A stretch of DNA of 64,000 bases from an uncultured Acidobacteriota bacterium. Its GTDB lineage: Bacteria; Actinomycetota; Acidimicrobiia; Spongiisociales; ZC4RG35. The stretch covers positions 1 to 64,000 of the forward strand of contig CAWHEU010000025.1 of NCBI GenBank assembly GCA_963828465.1. The letters run 5' to 3'. This document shows positions 50,980 through 59,306 of the stretch, one piece after another. Position 1 is the stretch's first letter. Each line of letters begins with the position of its first letter. The position numbers were made by a program, and so were the translations under genes. Under the pieces are notes generated by a model. It saw only the letters and a list, made by a program, of their open reading frames with translations, searched no databases and was not told the DNA's origin.

Positions 50980-51968
50980 CCGATCTCCGCTGCTTCCGGA
51001 GTCACCACAGCGTGCAACGGCGGCTCCGAGTCGAGTATCCGGCGGGCTTCCGCCGCAGCCTGGCGTCGGAGAGCGAGCTCGCTCTCCTCGGTGTACCAGG
51101 ACATATGTGGCGTAAGTATCACCCGTTCCGCGACAGGCTCGAAGACGGAAACATCGGGTGGCTCGTGCTCGAATACGTCCAGTGCGGCAAAGCCAGGCCG
51201 GTTGTCTCTGAGCGCCGAGACCAGAGCTCCCGTGTCGATGAGCGATCCACGGGCAGTGTTCACGAGAACCGAGCCCTCCCTCATGGACCGCAGCTCGGCG
51301 GCGCCGAGCAGGTACCCCCGGGCCGGAGGGGGGGAATGAAGTGTGACCACATCGGAGCCGGCGAGCAGTTCGTCCACGCCTGCGAGACGACCCGGGGCAC
51401 CGCCGAGCGCCGTGGTCACGTCTGATGCCTCGACCGCCGGGTCAGAGACGAGGACGGCCTCGAAACCGAGGCCCGCGAGAAGCAGCGCGACCCGTCGCCC
51501 GATTCTTCCGAATCCGATGACACCCGCCGTCAGACTCGACGGAAGGCGGAGCGGCCGCAGATCGGCGACGCCCCAGGACCCCTCCCTCAGCTTCCGGTCG
51601 GCGGTGGTCAGACGGCGAAGCGAGGCTAGAACCAAAGTGGTGGCATGGAGGGCGACGGCGTCCATGCCGTAGTCGGGCACGTTGACCACCCACATCCCCA
51701 ACGACCGTGCCCGGTCGAGGTCGACGCCGTCTACCCCGACCCCGAGACGGACGATGGCCCGGCTTTCCAGCTTCTCGAGGGTCCCGGCATCGAATCGCGG
51801 TGCGGCTCCGGCCAGGATCACATCCGCGCCGGCGGCGACCGCGATGACGTCTTCGGCCGATTGCCCCGGGCCGGAGACCAGCTCGACGTCACCGAGAACT
51901 CCACGTTCGACGTCGAAATCGCCGAACCGCGTTCCGAGAATCGCCACCTTGGGCCGACGTGAATCCAC
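50976..51968 (-). CDS. D-isomer-specific 2-hydroxyacid dehydrogenase (SerA/CtBP-like)
   Basis: GVGVDGVD, NVPDY, GFGRIG, VNTARG, LDVFEHEP, LTPHMSW. Confidence 0.9.
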   Translation of the reverse strand: MDSRRPKVAILGTRFGDFDVERGVLGDVELVSGPGQSAEDVIAVAAGADVILAGAAPRFDAGTLEKLESRAIVRLGVGVDGVDLDRARSLGMWVVNVPDYGMDAVALHATTLVLASLRRLTTADRKLREGSWGVADLRPLRLPSSLTAGVIGFGRIGRRVALLLAGLGFEAVLVSDPAVEASDVTTALGGAPGRLAGVDELLAGSDVVTLHSPPPARGYLLGAAELRSMREGSVLVNTARGSLIDTGALVSALRDNRPGFAALDVFEHEPPDVSVFEPVAERVILTPHMSWYTEESELALRRQAAAEARRILDSEPPLHAVVTPEAAEIG

Positions 51969-51994
51969 CGGCCGGGGAGTATAGGGTCCGTCGC

Positions 51995-52006
51995 GCAATC
52001 GATTGC
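51995..52006. promoter_or_regulatory. LacI-type operator, class B (GCAATCGATTGC)
   Basis: Perfect palindrome in the divergent gap; identical to the 26566 site. Confidence 0.7.
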
Positions 52007-52035
52007 CAGCCGTCTTACGGCTATAAAAGGGGGGC

Positions 52036-54309
52036 GTGGACGACATCCCCCATTTCGAGCCGCTCTCTCATCTTCGTCTGGAGGACCATCGGCTGGTCAC
52101 AGGCTCGGGACGCTTTGTCGCCGACCTGGCGCCCCCGGAGACGGTCCATCTCGCCTTCGTTCGCAGCACCGAGGCCCACGCCCGCATCACCGGCATCGAC
52201 ACGCATTCGGTCGATTCCCCCGATGTGGTGGGGATGTTCACCGCAGCCGACCTCGACCTGGCGGACATCCCGGGTGACAGCACGGCCGTCCCTGCGCCCG
52301 ACTTCCCCCGTCCCCACCTCGCGTCGGAGAAGGTGCGATATGTAGGCGAGCCATTGGCGGTGGTCGCTGCCAACACAGCGGCAGCGGCAGCCGACGCCGC
52401 CGACTTGATATGGGTCGACTACGAGATCCTCCCTGCGGTCGTCGATCCCGCGGCGAGCCTCGAGGACGAAATCATTCTGCACGAGGCTGCGGGGACCAAT
52501 GTGGTGAGTCGTTCGGACCTGGCTGCAGGTGAGCCGAAAGAGAGCTACGAGGTGGTAGCCGAGATCGACGTGACCAATCAGCGGCTGGCGCCGAACTCGA
52601 TCGAACCGCTCGTCATCCTCGCTGTGCCCGAAGACGAGGGCCGCCTCACGGTGTACGTGAGCCACCAACGACCACACGGTGTGAAGGCCCGTCTATGCCA
52701 GCTGCTCCCGTATGACCCGGACAAGCTGCGAGTCGTAGTCCCCGACGTCGGCGGAGCCTTCGGGATGAAGGGAATGACCTATCCCGAGCACACGGTGACA
52801 GTGGCTGTGGCCCTCCGGCTCGAGCGGCCTGTCATCTGGGTCGAGCGACGTCGCGAGCATCTGAGCGGCGGAACCCACGGGCGGGGCTCGGTGCACAAGG
52901 TCAGGCTCTCGGGGACATCGGCCGGCCGCGTCCAACGAGCGGAGATCGACGTCCTCGCCGACGTCGGCGCCTACCCACACAACGGGGCCACGATCCCCGT
53001 TTTCTCGCGGTTGGTCGCCTTCGGCCTGTATGACATCGAGAGTGCGGCGCTGACGACCACCTCCGTCGTCACCAATACGGCTCCCACGGGCTCGTATCGC
53101 GGTGCGGGGCGTCCCGAAGCCGCCTATGCCATCGAGAGGGCGATCGATGCCTTCGCCCATGCCGCCGGTCTCGACCCGGTCGAGGTCCGTCTGACCAACT
53201 TCATCCCGTCCGAATCTCTCCCCTACCGCACCGCCACCGGCGCCCTCTATGACTCGGGTGACTATGCGGCGGCGTTGCGCCGTGCTGTCGACCTCGTCGG
53301 GCTCGACGAGCTACGGGAAGAACAGAAGGCGCGCCTGGCAGACGGGCGCGACCCGATCGGCATCGGGTTCGGTGCCTTCGTCGAGCGGGCCGGTGGAGCG
53401 GTCGACGCCGGCGAATACGGACGGGTCGAGGTCGACCAGGACGGAAGGGTCACCGTGCGCACCGGATCGGCTTCCTCCGGTCAGGGCCACGAGACGGCGT
53501 GGGCACAAGTGGCGGCGGCGGCCTTGGGTCTCAACCCGGACGCCGTTACATACATCGCCGGTGACACCGACCAGGTGGCCCGGGGCGCCGGGACCTTCGC
53601 CAGCAGATCGGCTCAGATAGGAGCGGCGGCCATCTGGCGCACGGCTCAGGTTGTGCGACAACGGGCTATCGATCTGACGGCCGAGCTCCTCGAGGCGTCG
53701 CCGGCCGACGTGGTGCTCTCCGATGGCACGTTTTCCATCGCCGGCGTGCCCGGCACCGAGATGGGGTGGGCCGAGGTCGCGGCCGCGGCACATAGCCGCG
53801 GGATCGACCTGAGCGAAGAGGAGTGGTTCGTCCCCGGCGCTCAGACATTCCCGTACGGGGTCCATGTCGCCGTCGTGGAGGTCGCGCTCGAGACCGGCGA
53901 AGTCAGGCTCGATCGCCTCGTCACCGTCGACGACTGCGGAAACGTGCTCAATCCGATGATCGTGGAAGGCCAGCTCCACGGCTCCCTCATTCAGGGGGTC
54001 GGCCAGGCTTTGTACGAAGGGGTCCAGTATTCGGATCAGGGCCAGCTTCTCACCTCGACTCTCATGGACTACGCCTTACCCCGGGCCAGCGACGCGCCCC
54101 CGATCACAGCCGAGCGGTTGGTCCACCCGGCGCCATCGAATCCCCTAGGCGTCAAGGGCACCGGTGAGGCCGGCTGCATCGGGGCACCCCCTGCGATCGT
54201 CAACGCCGTCCTGGACGCTCTCGCTCCGTATGGCGTCACCGATCTTCAGATGCCGCTCCGACCGGCAACGGTGTGGGCCGCCCTCTCGGCATCTACTGTC
54301 CGGCCATAA
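52036..54309 (+). CDS. Xanthine dehydrogenase-family molybdopterin-binding large subunit (CoxL/CutL-like, not form I CODH)
   Basis: RLEDHRLVTGSG, DVGGAFGMK, SYRGAGRPEA, GQGHET, GQLHG, GVKGTGEAG. Confidence 0.92.
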   Translation: MDDIPHFEPLSHLRLEDHRLVTGSGRFVADLAPPETVHLAFVRSTEAHARITGIDTHSVDSPDVVGMFTAADLDLADIPGDSTAVPAPDFPRPHLASEKVRYVGEPLAVVAANTAAAAADAADLIWVDYEILPAVVDPAASLEDEIILHEAAGTNVVSRSDLAAGEPKESYEVVAEIDVTNQRLAPNSIEPLVILAVPEDEGRLTVYVSHQRPHGVKARLCQLLPYDPDKLRVVVPDVGGAFGMKGMTYPEHTVTVAVALRLERPVIWVERRREHLSGGTHGRGSVHKVRLSGTSAGRVQRAEIDVLADVGAYPHNGATIPVFSRLVAFGLYDIESAALTTTSVVTNTAPTGSYRGAGRPEAAYAIERAIDAFAHAAGLDPVEVRLTNFIPSESLPYRTATGALYDSGDYAAALRRAVDLVGLDELREEQKARLADGRDPIGIGFGAFVERAGGAVDAGEYGRVEVDQDGRVTVRTGSASSGQGHETAWAQVAAAALGLNPDAVTYIAGDTDQVARGAGTFASRSAQIGAAAIWRTAQVVRQRAIDLTAELLEASPADVVLSDGTFSIAGVPGTEMGWAEVAAAAHSRGIDLSEEEWFVPGAQTFPYGVHVAVVEVALETGEVRLDRLVTVDDCGNVLNPMIVEGQLHGSLIQGVGQALYEGVQYSDQGQLLTSTLMDYALPRASDAPPITAERLVHPAPSNPLGVKGTGEAGCIGAPPAIVNAVLDALAPYGVTDLQMPLRPATVWAALSASTVRP

Positions 54310-54316
54310 CGATTGT
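54305..54316. promoter_or_regulatory. Degenerate class B operator (CATAACGATTGT)
   Basis: Right half-site ATTGT(GC) conserved; overlaps the upstream stop codon, 20 nt before the next gene. Confidence 0.4.
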
Positions 54317-54335
54317 GCAAACCGAAAGGGCGATC

Positions 54336-55248
54336 ATGGGAATCGATCCAGAGCATGTGACCATCGTCGAGGAGGTTCCCGGCTCAGACATTCCGGTCGA
54401 GCTCGAGATATGTCGAGACCTGGGACGGGCTCTACGCCCCGATCGGACTGCGACTCCCACCGGGACCGGGACCCCATCCCCTCGTGCTGCTCGCCTCCGG
54501 CAATGGAGGAGGGGGCATGGCCTGGATCAGGGACGCCGTCGCCAACCGGGGCTACATCATGGACCGATTGCTGGAGCAGGGCTACGCGTGCGCCTGGATC
54601 CGTTATCGCACCGAGGTGGAGCTCGGCTACGAGAACGGTGGACATCTCGTGCGGGACACACGGCAGGGCCGCGACATGTTCAACCGATCCCCCCTCGAGT
54701 ATGAAGACGAGATCGCCATCGTCGAGCAGCTCAAGCAAGACCCGCGCATCGACCCTGACCGCGTTGGGCTCATTGGGATGAGTCACGGTGGGGAGATGGT
54801 CCTCAAGATCGCCTCTGAGTATCAGGGCCTCGCGGCAGCGGTCGCCTCCGAGCCCGCCTCGCATGAGTTCCTCTCCTTGAGCCCGGACAACACTGCCTTT
54901 GTCGACCCGGAGACCGGTCTCCGCAACATCGAGGAGATGCAGATGGTCGAGACCGAGAAGGTGCGATCACGTATCGACATGGCGAAGGCGACGGAGCGGA
55001 TCGCCACGATCGACACACCGATCCTCGTCATGGGCCGGGAAGATGATCACCTCCAGGGGATATTCCGCACCAGCTACGACCTTCTGGCGGAGGCAGGCAA
55101 GCCTGTCGAGTGGGTCAGCTGGGACCACGATCTCCACGGATACGTCTATCCGCAGCGCGGGCCTGACGGCGAATATGAGGTCAATGAGGTCCAGGAGGAA
55201 GCGATCGCCGGTGTCCTCTCCTACCTCGGCCGGCACCTAAAGGGGTAA
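54336..55248 (+). CDS. Alpha/beta hydrolase (dienelactone hydrolase/S9-like); frameshift near 54408
   Basis: RVGLIGMSHGG nucleophile motif, GREDD, DLHGY; N-terminus MGIDPEH lies in another frame. Confidence 0.78.
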
Positions 55249-55257
55249 GAACGCCGG

Positions 55258-56193
55258 TCAGGTCAAACCGTCAGAGACGTCCTTGTTCTCGGGCTCGAGG
55301 GTGACATTGGTGCCTTCGGCCTGTCGGGACAACATGGACGCGAAGTCCTGGCCGCCGAAGCCACGTCCCACTCCATCCATGACGATCTGATGGACCAGGG
55401 CGGCCGTCGGAAGAGGGACATCGAGGAGGCGACCCGCCTCGAGACCGAGCTCGAAGTCCTTGCGAAGCAACTCCCAGGTGAACGTCGGCGTGTAGTCGAG
55501 ATTCACGAAGGCCGGTGTCTTGTAGCGGGTGAAAGTCGACCCCATCACGCTGTCGTTGAGGAAGTCGAGGAAGTCGGCGCGGGAAACGCCTGCCGCCTCG
55601 GCCAGGACAGTGATCTCGGCCATCGACTGCGTCACGACACCAAGCATGAGGTTATGGCAGATCTTGACCAGCCGGGCCTCGTCGCCCTCTCCTACGTATG
55701 TGACCTTTCGCCCGAACAGCTCGAGGTACGGGAGCGCGGTCTCGAACGCCTTCATCGGGCCGGACACCACAGAGGTGAGCCGTCCGGCTTTGACGACTTT
55801 TGGATTGCCAGAAACTGGTGCCGCCAGCACCGCAGTGCCCAGCTCTCCGGCCCGTTCGGTGAGCGTCTCGGAAGTGGGGCCGTCGATCGTGGTCGAATCG
55901 ACGATTATCTGCGGGCGACTGTTCGGCTGTGAGAGAACTCCTTCATCACCGATCGTCACCTCGAGCACATCCTCCGGCCCCGCCACCATCGTGAATACGA
56001 TGTCGCGCTCGGCTAGCTCGGCGGGCGAGTCGACGATCTTTGCCCCCTTGTCGGCCAATGGCTCAGCCTTGGCCCGGGTTCGGTTGTAGACCCACAGGTC
56101 CACGTTGGAGGCGAGAAGCCGTGCGACCAGGGCGGCACCCATCCGACCGGTGCCTATCCAGCCCACCCGGTGCGGATATTTGTCGTCAGCCAT
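55258..56193 (-). CDS. NAD(P)-dependent beta-hydroxyacid dehydrogenase (3-hydroxyisobutyrate/6PGDH family)
   Basis: GWIGTGRMG, YNRT, APVSGN, catalytic KICHN, LRKDFELG. Confidence 0.9.
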   Translation of the reverse strand: MADDKYPHRVGWIGTGRMGAALVARLLASNVDLWVYNRTRAKAEPLADKGAKIVDSPAELAERDIVFTMVAGPEDVLEVTIGDEGVLSQPNSRPQIIVDSTTIDGPTSETLTERAGELGTAVLAAPVSGNPKVVKAGRLTSVVSGPMKAFETALPYLELFGRKVTYVGEGDEARLVKICHNLMLGVVTQSMAEITVLAEAAGVSRADFLDFLNDSVMGSTFTRYKTPAFVNLDYTPTFTWELLRKDFELGLEAGRLLDVPLPTAALVHQIVMDGVGRGFGGQDFASMLSRQAEGTNVTLEPENKDVSDGLT

Positions 56194-56253
56194 CGTCGGT
56201 GCACTCCTCTCGCCTCTGCGCGCTGCCAGAACGAAGGTCCGACCTTGCCTCAC

Positions 56254-56265
56254 GCAATCGTTTGT
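56254..56265. promoter_or_regulatory. LacI-type operator, class B (GCAATCGTTTGT)
   Basis: Upstream of the dehydrogenase; last class B site seen. Confidence 0.65.
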
Positions 56266-56334
56266 ATTATTGGCACTTTGGGGCTGCCGCGCAAACAAAG
56301 ATGGCCCGGGGTCAGGGTAGAGCTAATATCAGGG

Positions 56335-56364
56335 TTGACTTATATAAGTCAGCGCTGTAATAAT
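56335..56364 (+). promoter_or_regulatory. sigma70-type promoter (TTGACT...AATAAT) overlapped by the perfect palindrome TGACTTATATAAGTCA (probable ArsR operator)
   Basis: 16-bp palindrome at 56336-56351; ATG follows the -10-like hexamer by 6 nt. Confidence 0.7.
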
Positions 56365-56370
56365 GACTCG

Positions 56371-56763
56371 ATGCACGCCTTCGACATTCTCGGCGACCCG
56401 GTGCGGCGCCGAATCTTGGAGATGCTGGCCGAAGGTGAGCACACATCGGGCGGGATCACCTCGGTCATCCAGAACGAGTTCGGCATCTCTCAGCCGGCAG
56501 TGTCACAACATCTACGTGTGCTCCGGGATGGGGGCTTCGCATTCGTCCGGGCCGATGGCACCCGGCGTCTCTACACGGTCAGCTCCGCAGCGTTGCAGGA
56601 GGTCGACATGTGGCTGAGGCGCTTCCGGCATCTGTGGGACCAGCCCCTCGATGCCCTGGAGACCGAGCTGGCACGAGGCATTCGAGAGCGCCGTGCCAGG
56701 GCAGGCAACACCCGAGGTTCGACGGTCAACGAAGGGCCACCGGAGAGAGAGGAAGAAACATGA
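56371..56763 (+). CDS. ArsR/SmtB family regulator
   Basis: LGDPVRRRILEML, SQPAVSQHLRVLR. Confidence 0.9.
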   Translation: MHAFDILGDPVRRRILEMLAEGEHTSGGITSVIQNEFGISQPAVSQHLRVLRDGGFAFVRADGTRRLYTVSSAALQEVDMWLRRFRHLWDQPLDALETELARGIRERRARAGNTRGSTVNEGPPEREEET

Positions 56764-57392
56764 TCGACATAGCGAGCGAAATCGACGCCATCGGGCGCGA
56801 GGTGAGCAGGAGACAAGGTCCCGACGGCGAGGAGGTCGCGGTCCTGATCCGACGGAGCTATGACGCCCCCAACCTGGAGGTGTGGGACGCGCTGACCGAT
56901 CCGGAACGGATAAAGCGCTGGTTCTACCCCGTCAGCGGCGATCTCCAGCTTGGCGGGACCTTCCAGCTCGAGGGAAACGCCGGCGGTGAGATCAAGCGCT
57001 GCGAGCCACCGCGCTTGCTCAAGGTCACCTTTGGTGGTCCGACCAGCTTGGTCGAGCTCCGCCTCTCTCCTGAAGGGGAAGACCGCACGGTGCTCGAGCT
57101 CGAACACACGGTTCCCATCGACATGGCGATGAGTGGAGCGGGGTCGCTGTATGTCGGGCCGGGCTGGGATGGTGCCTTCGTGGCACTCGGCCTCTACCTC
57201 GACGGTGTCGTAGCCGACGACCCCGTCGCCGCCGCCAGCTCGCCCGAGGCGCTGGAGCTATCGAGAGAGTCCGTGCACGCGTGGATCGCGGCAGTGGAAG
57301 CCTCGGGCACCGCCACTGCTGACGAGCTGGAGACAGCTGCCGAGATGTCGTTTGCCACCTTCGCACCCCAGACCGACGAAAAACCTGACTGA
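56760..57392 (+). CDS. SRPBCC (AHA1-like) domain protein
   Basis: VWDALTDPERIKRWF, CEPPRLL, GPGWD; ATGA overlap with the ArsR gene. Confidence 0.88.
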   Translation: MIDIASEIDAIGREVSRRQGPDGEEVAVLIRRSYDAPNLEVWDALTDPERIKRWFYPVSGDLQLGGTFQLEGNAGGEIKRCEPPRLLKVTFGGPTSLVELRLSPEGEDRTVLELEHTVPIDMAMSGAGSLYVGPGWDGAFVALGLYLDGVVADDPVAAASSPEALELSRESVHAWIAAVEASGTATADELETAAEMSFATFAPQTDEKPD

Positions 57393-57524
57393 GGAGCAAC
57401 GGGGCCAGGAGCTTGGGGCGCACAAGGACCATAGGACTCCGCCCAGATTCGGGGCTTGTCAGGTTCGACCTGATGCGATACCTTGTACTTCTATGCATTC
57501 CGGATCGAGGTATCGGAGACGCTG

Positions 57525-57884
57525 ATGCAAATCGACAAGGACCTAGTCGCCGCGTCGGCTACGCCGTTGGTCTTGGCGATACTGGCCGAGGGCGAGAATT
57601 ACGGGTACGCCATCCTGAGGCGAGTTCGAGAGCTATCGGACGGTGAGCTCGACTGGACTGACGGGATGCTCTACCCGTTGCTCCACCGTCTTGCCCGGCT
57701 CGGGTACGTGACGACGGAATGGCGAACGCCGCCTGAGGGGCGGCGCCGCAGGTATTACGTGGTCACCGATGGGGGGCATGCCGCCCTCGCAGAGCACAAG
57801 CGACAGTGGGAGACCGTGACGCGGGCATTGAGCGGCATCTGGAGAGGCGGCGACCTGCTGCCCTTTGCGTTTGGGTGGGCCTGA
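57525..57884 (+). CDS. PadR family regulator
   Basis: NYGYAIL, GMLYPLLHRL, RRRRYY. Confidence 0.9.
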   Translation: MQIDKDLVAASATPLVLAILAEGENYGYAILRRVRELSDGELDWTDGMLYPLLHRLARLGYVTTEWRTPPEGRRRRYYVVTDGGHAALAEHKRQWETVTRALSGIWRGGDLLPFAFGWA

Positions 57885-57885
57885 C

Positions 57886-59223
57886 GTGGAGCAGTTGGAG
57901 TTGGAGATCGCGGAGTGGCGGGCCTTCATCGGACAGGACCCGGCGCTCAATGGCCGTGACGTGGAGGAACTGGAGACCCATCTGCGTGATCAGATCGCCG
58001 AGTTGATCACGGTAGGTCTCGCTCCTGATGAGGCCTTCCTGGTCGCCGTGAAGCGGATGGGAAAACTCGAGGACCTATCCCGGGAGTTCGCGAGCGAGCA
58101 GAGCGGCAGACTCTGGAGGCAGCTCGTCATCGCCGACGGTGACGAGCAGCCGCCGGACAGTCGGTGGCTGGAGGCACTCGTGTTCGCCGTCGCGGCGGCC
58201 GCCACGATCCAGGTCGCACGCCTGGCGGCGGGGCTCCCGACCGAGCAGGCATCGTGGTTCACACTCAATGCGAGCCTGTTCGTGTTGCCGTTCCTGGCCG
58301 GCTACTTCGCCCGCCGTCGACGACTTCCCATGCGCCAGTCCCTACTCACGGCCATCCCGTTCTTGATCGCTGCCATCGTGATCAACGTCTACCCGTTCAT
58401 AGCGGGCGGGCCGACCGAATTGTTGGTCGCTACGCACCTGCCGGTTGCCCTTTGGTTCGTGGTCGCCTACCCGTACATGAGTGGTGTCGTGCGATCGCAT
58501 GAGCGACGGATGAACTTCGTCCGCTTCACGGGCGAGTGGTTCATCTATTACGTGCTGATCTCGTTAGGAGGCGGCGTGCTCCTGGCGCTGACCGCGTTCA
58601 TCCTCGAGCCCACGGGTGTCGACGCCGAACGAGTCATCGATTGGGTGTTGCCACCGGCCGCGGCGGGTGCCGTAATCGTGGCCGCATGGTTAGTCGAGTC
58701 GAAGCAACGGGTCGTGGAGAACATGGCTCCGGTGCTCACCATGCTGTTCACGCCGCTGTTCGCGGTGATGCTGGTCGCCGCCATAGTCGTCTACCTCGTG
58801 ACCGGGCTTGGCGCCGGATTCGATCGAGACCTACTCGGCGTTTTCGACGCTCTGCTGGTCGTGGTCCTCGGGCTCGTCTTGTACGGGATCTCTGCCCGAA
58901 ATCCGTCCGCCTCGCCGGGCTGGATGGACCGGATCCAACTGGTCGCGGTCGTCAGCGCTCTGGTGCTCGACGTGATGGTGCTCGGCGCGATGATCTCGCG
59001 GATCGGCGAACTCGGATTCACCCCGAACCGAACGGCAGCACTGGGCCTCAACGTCCTGCTCCTCGTGAGCCTGGCTGGGACCGCTTGGCTATCCACCAGG
59101 TTCCTCATCGGGCGCGGCACCTTCAACCGGCTCGAGCGCTGGCAGACCAGCTACCTTCCCGTGTTTGCGGTCTGGGCGGCAGCGGTAGTGGTCGTCCTCC
59201 CACCATTGTTCGAATTCATCTGA
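57886..59223 (+). CDS. Membrane protein with permease prefix domain 1
   Basis: N-terminal ELETHLRDQI...EAFLVAVKRMG, followed by many TM segments; typical PadR partner. Confidence 0.8.
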   Translation: MEQLELEIAEWRAFIGQDPALNGRDVEELETHLRDQIAELITVGLAPDEAFLVAVKRMGKLEDLSREFASEQSGRLWRQLVIADGDEQPPDSRWLEALVFAVAAAATIQVARLAAGLPTEQASWFTLNASLFVLPFLAGYFARRRRLPMRQSLLTAIPFLIAAIVINVYPFIAGGPTELLVATHLPVALWFVVAYPYMSGVVRSHERRMNFVRFTGEWFIYYVLISLGGGVLLALTAFILEPTGVDAERVIDWVLPPAAAGAVIVAAWLVESKQRVVENMAPVLTMLFTPLFAVMLVAAIVVYLVTGLGAGFDRDLLGVFDALLVVVLGLVLYGISARNPSASPGWMDRIQLVAVVSALVLDVMVLGAMISRIGELGFTPNRTAALGLNVLLLVSLAGTAWLSTRFLIGRGTFNRLERWQTSYLPVFAVWAAAVVVVLPPLFEFI

Positions 59224-59306
59224 CCGCCTCGGTCAATCCGATCGGAGAAGTCACTGGCGCCGCCCCGATTGAGATCGAGCAATTCATCCGCGTACGGTCC
59301 CGCCGC

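Noticed and set aside
52036-54309. Aerobic CO dehydrogenase
   Set aside because: Lacks the form I AYXCSFR motif; no coxM/coxS or accessory genes.
58536-59306. 597-aa MetE-like ORF
   Set aside because: The N-terminal part is an off-frame overlap of the membrane protein gene.
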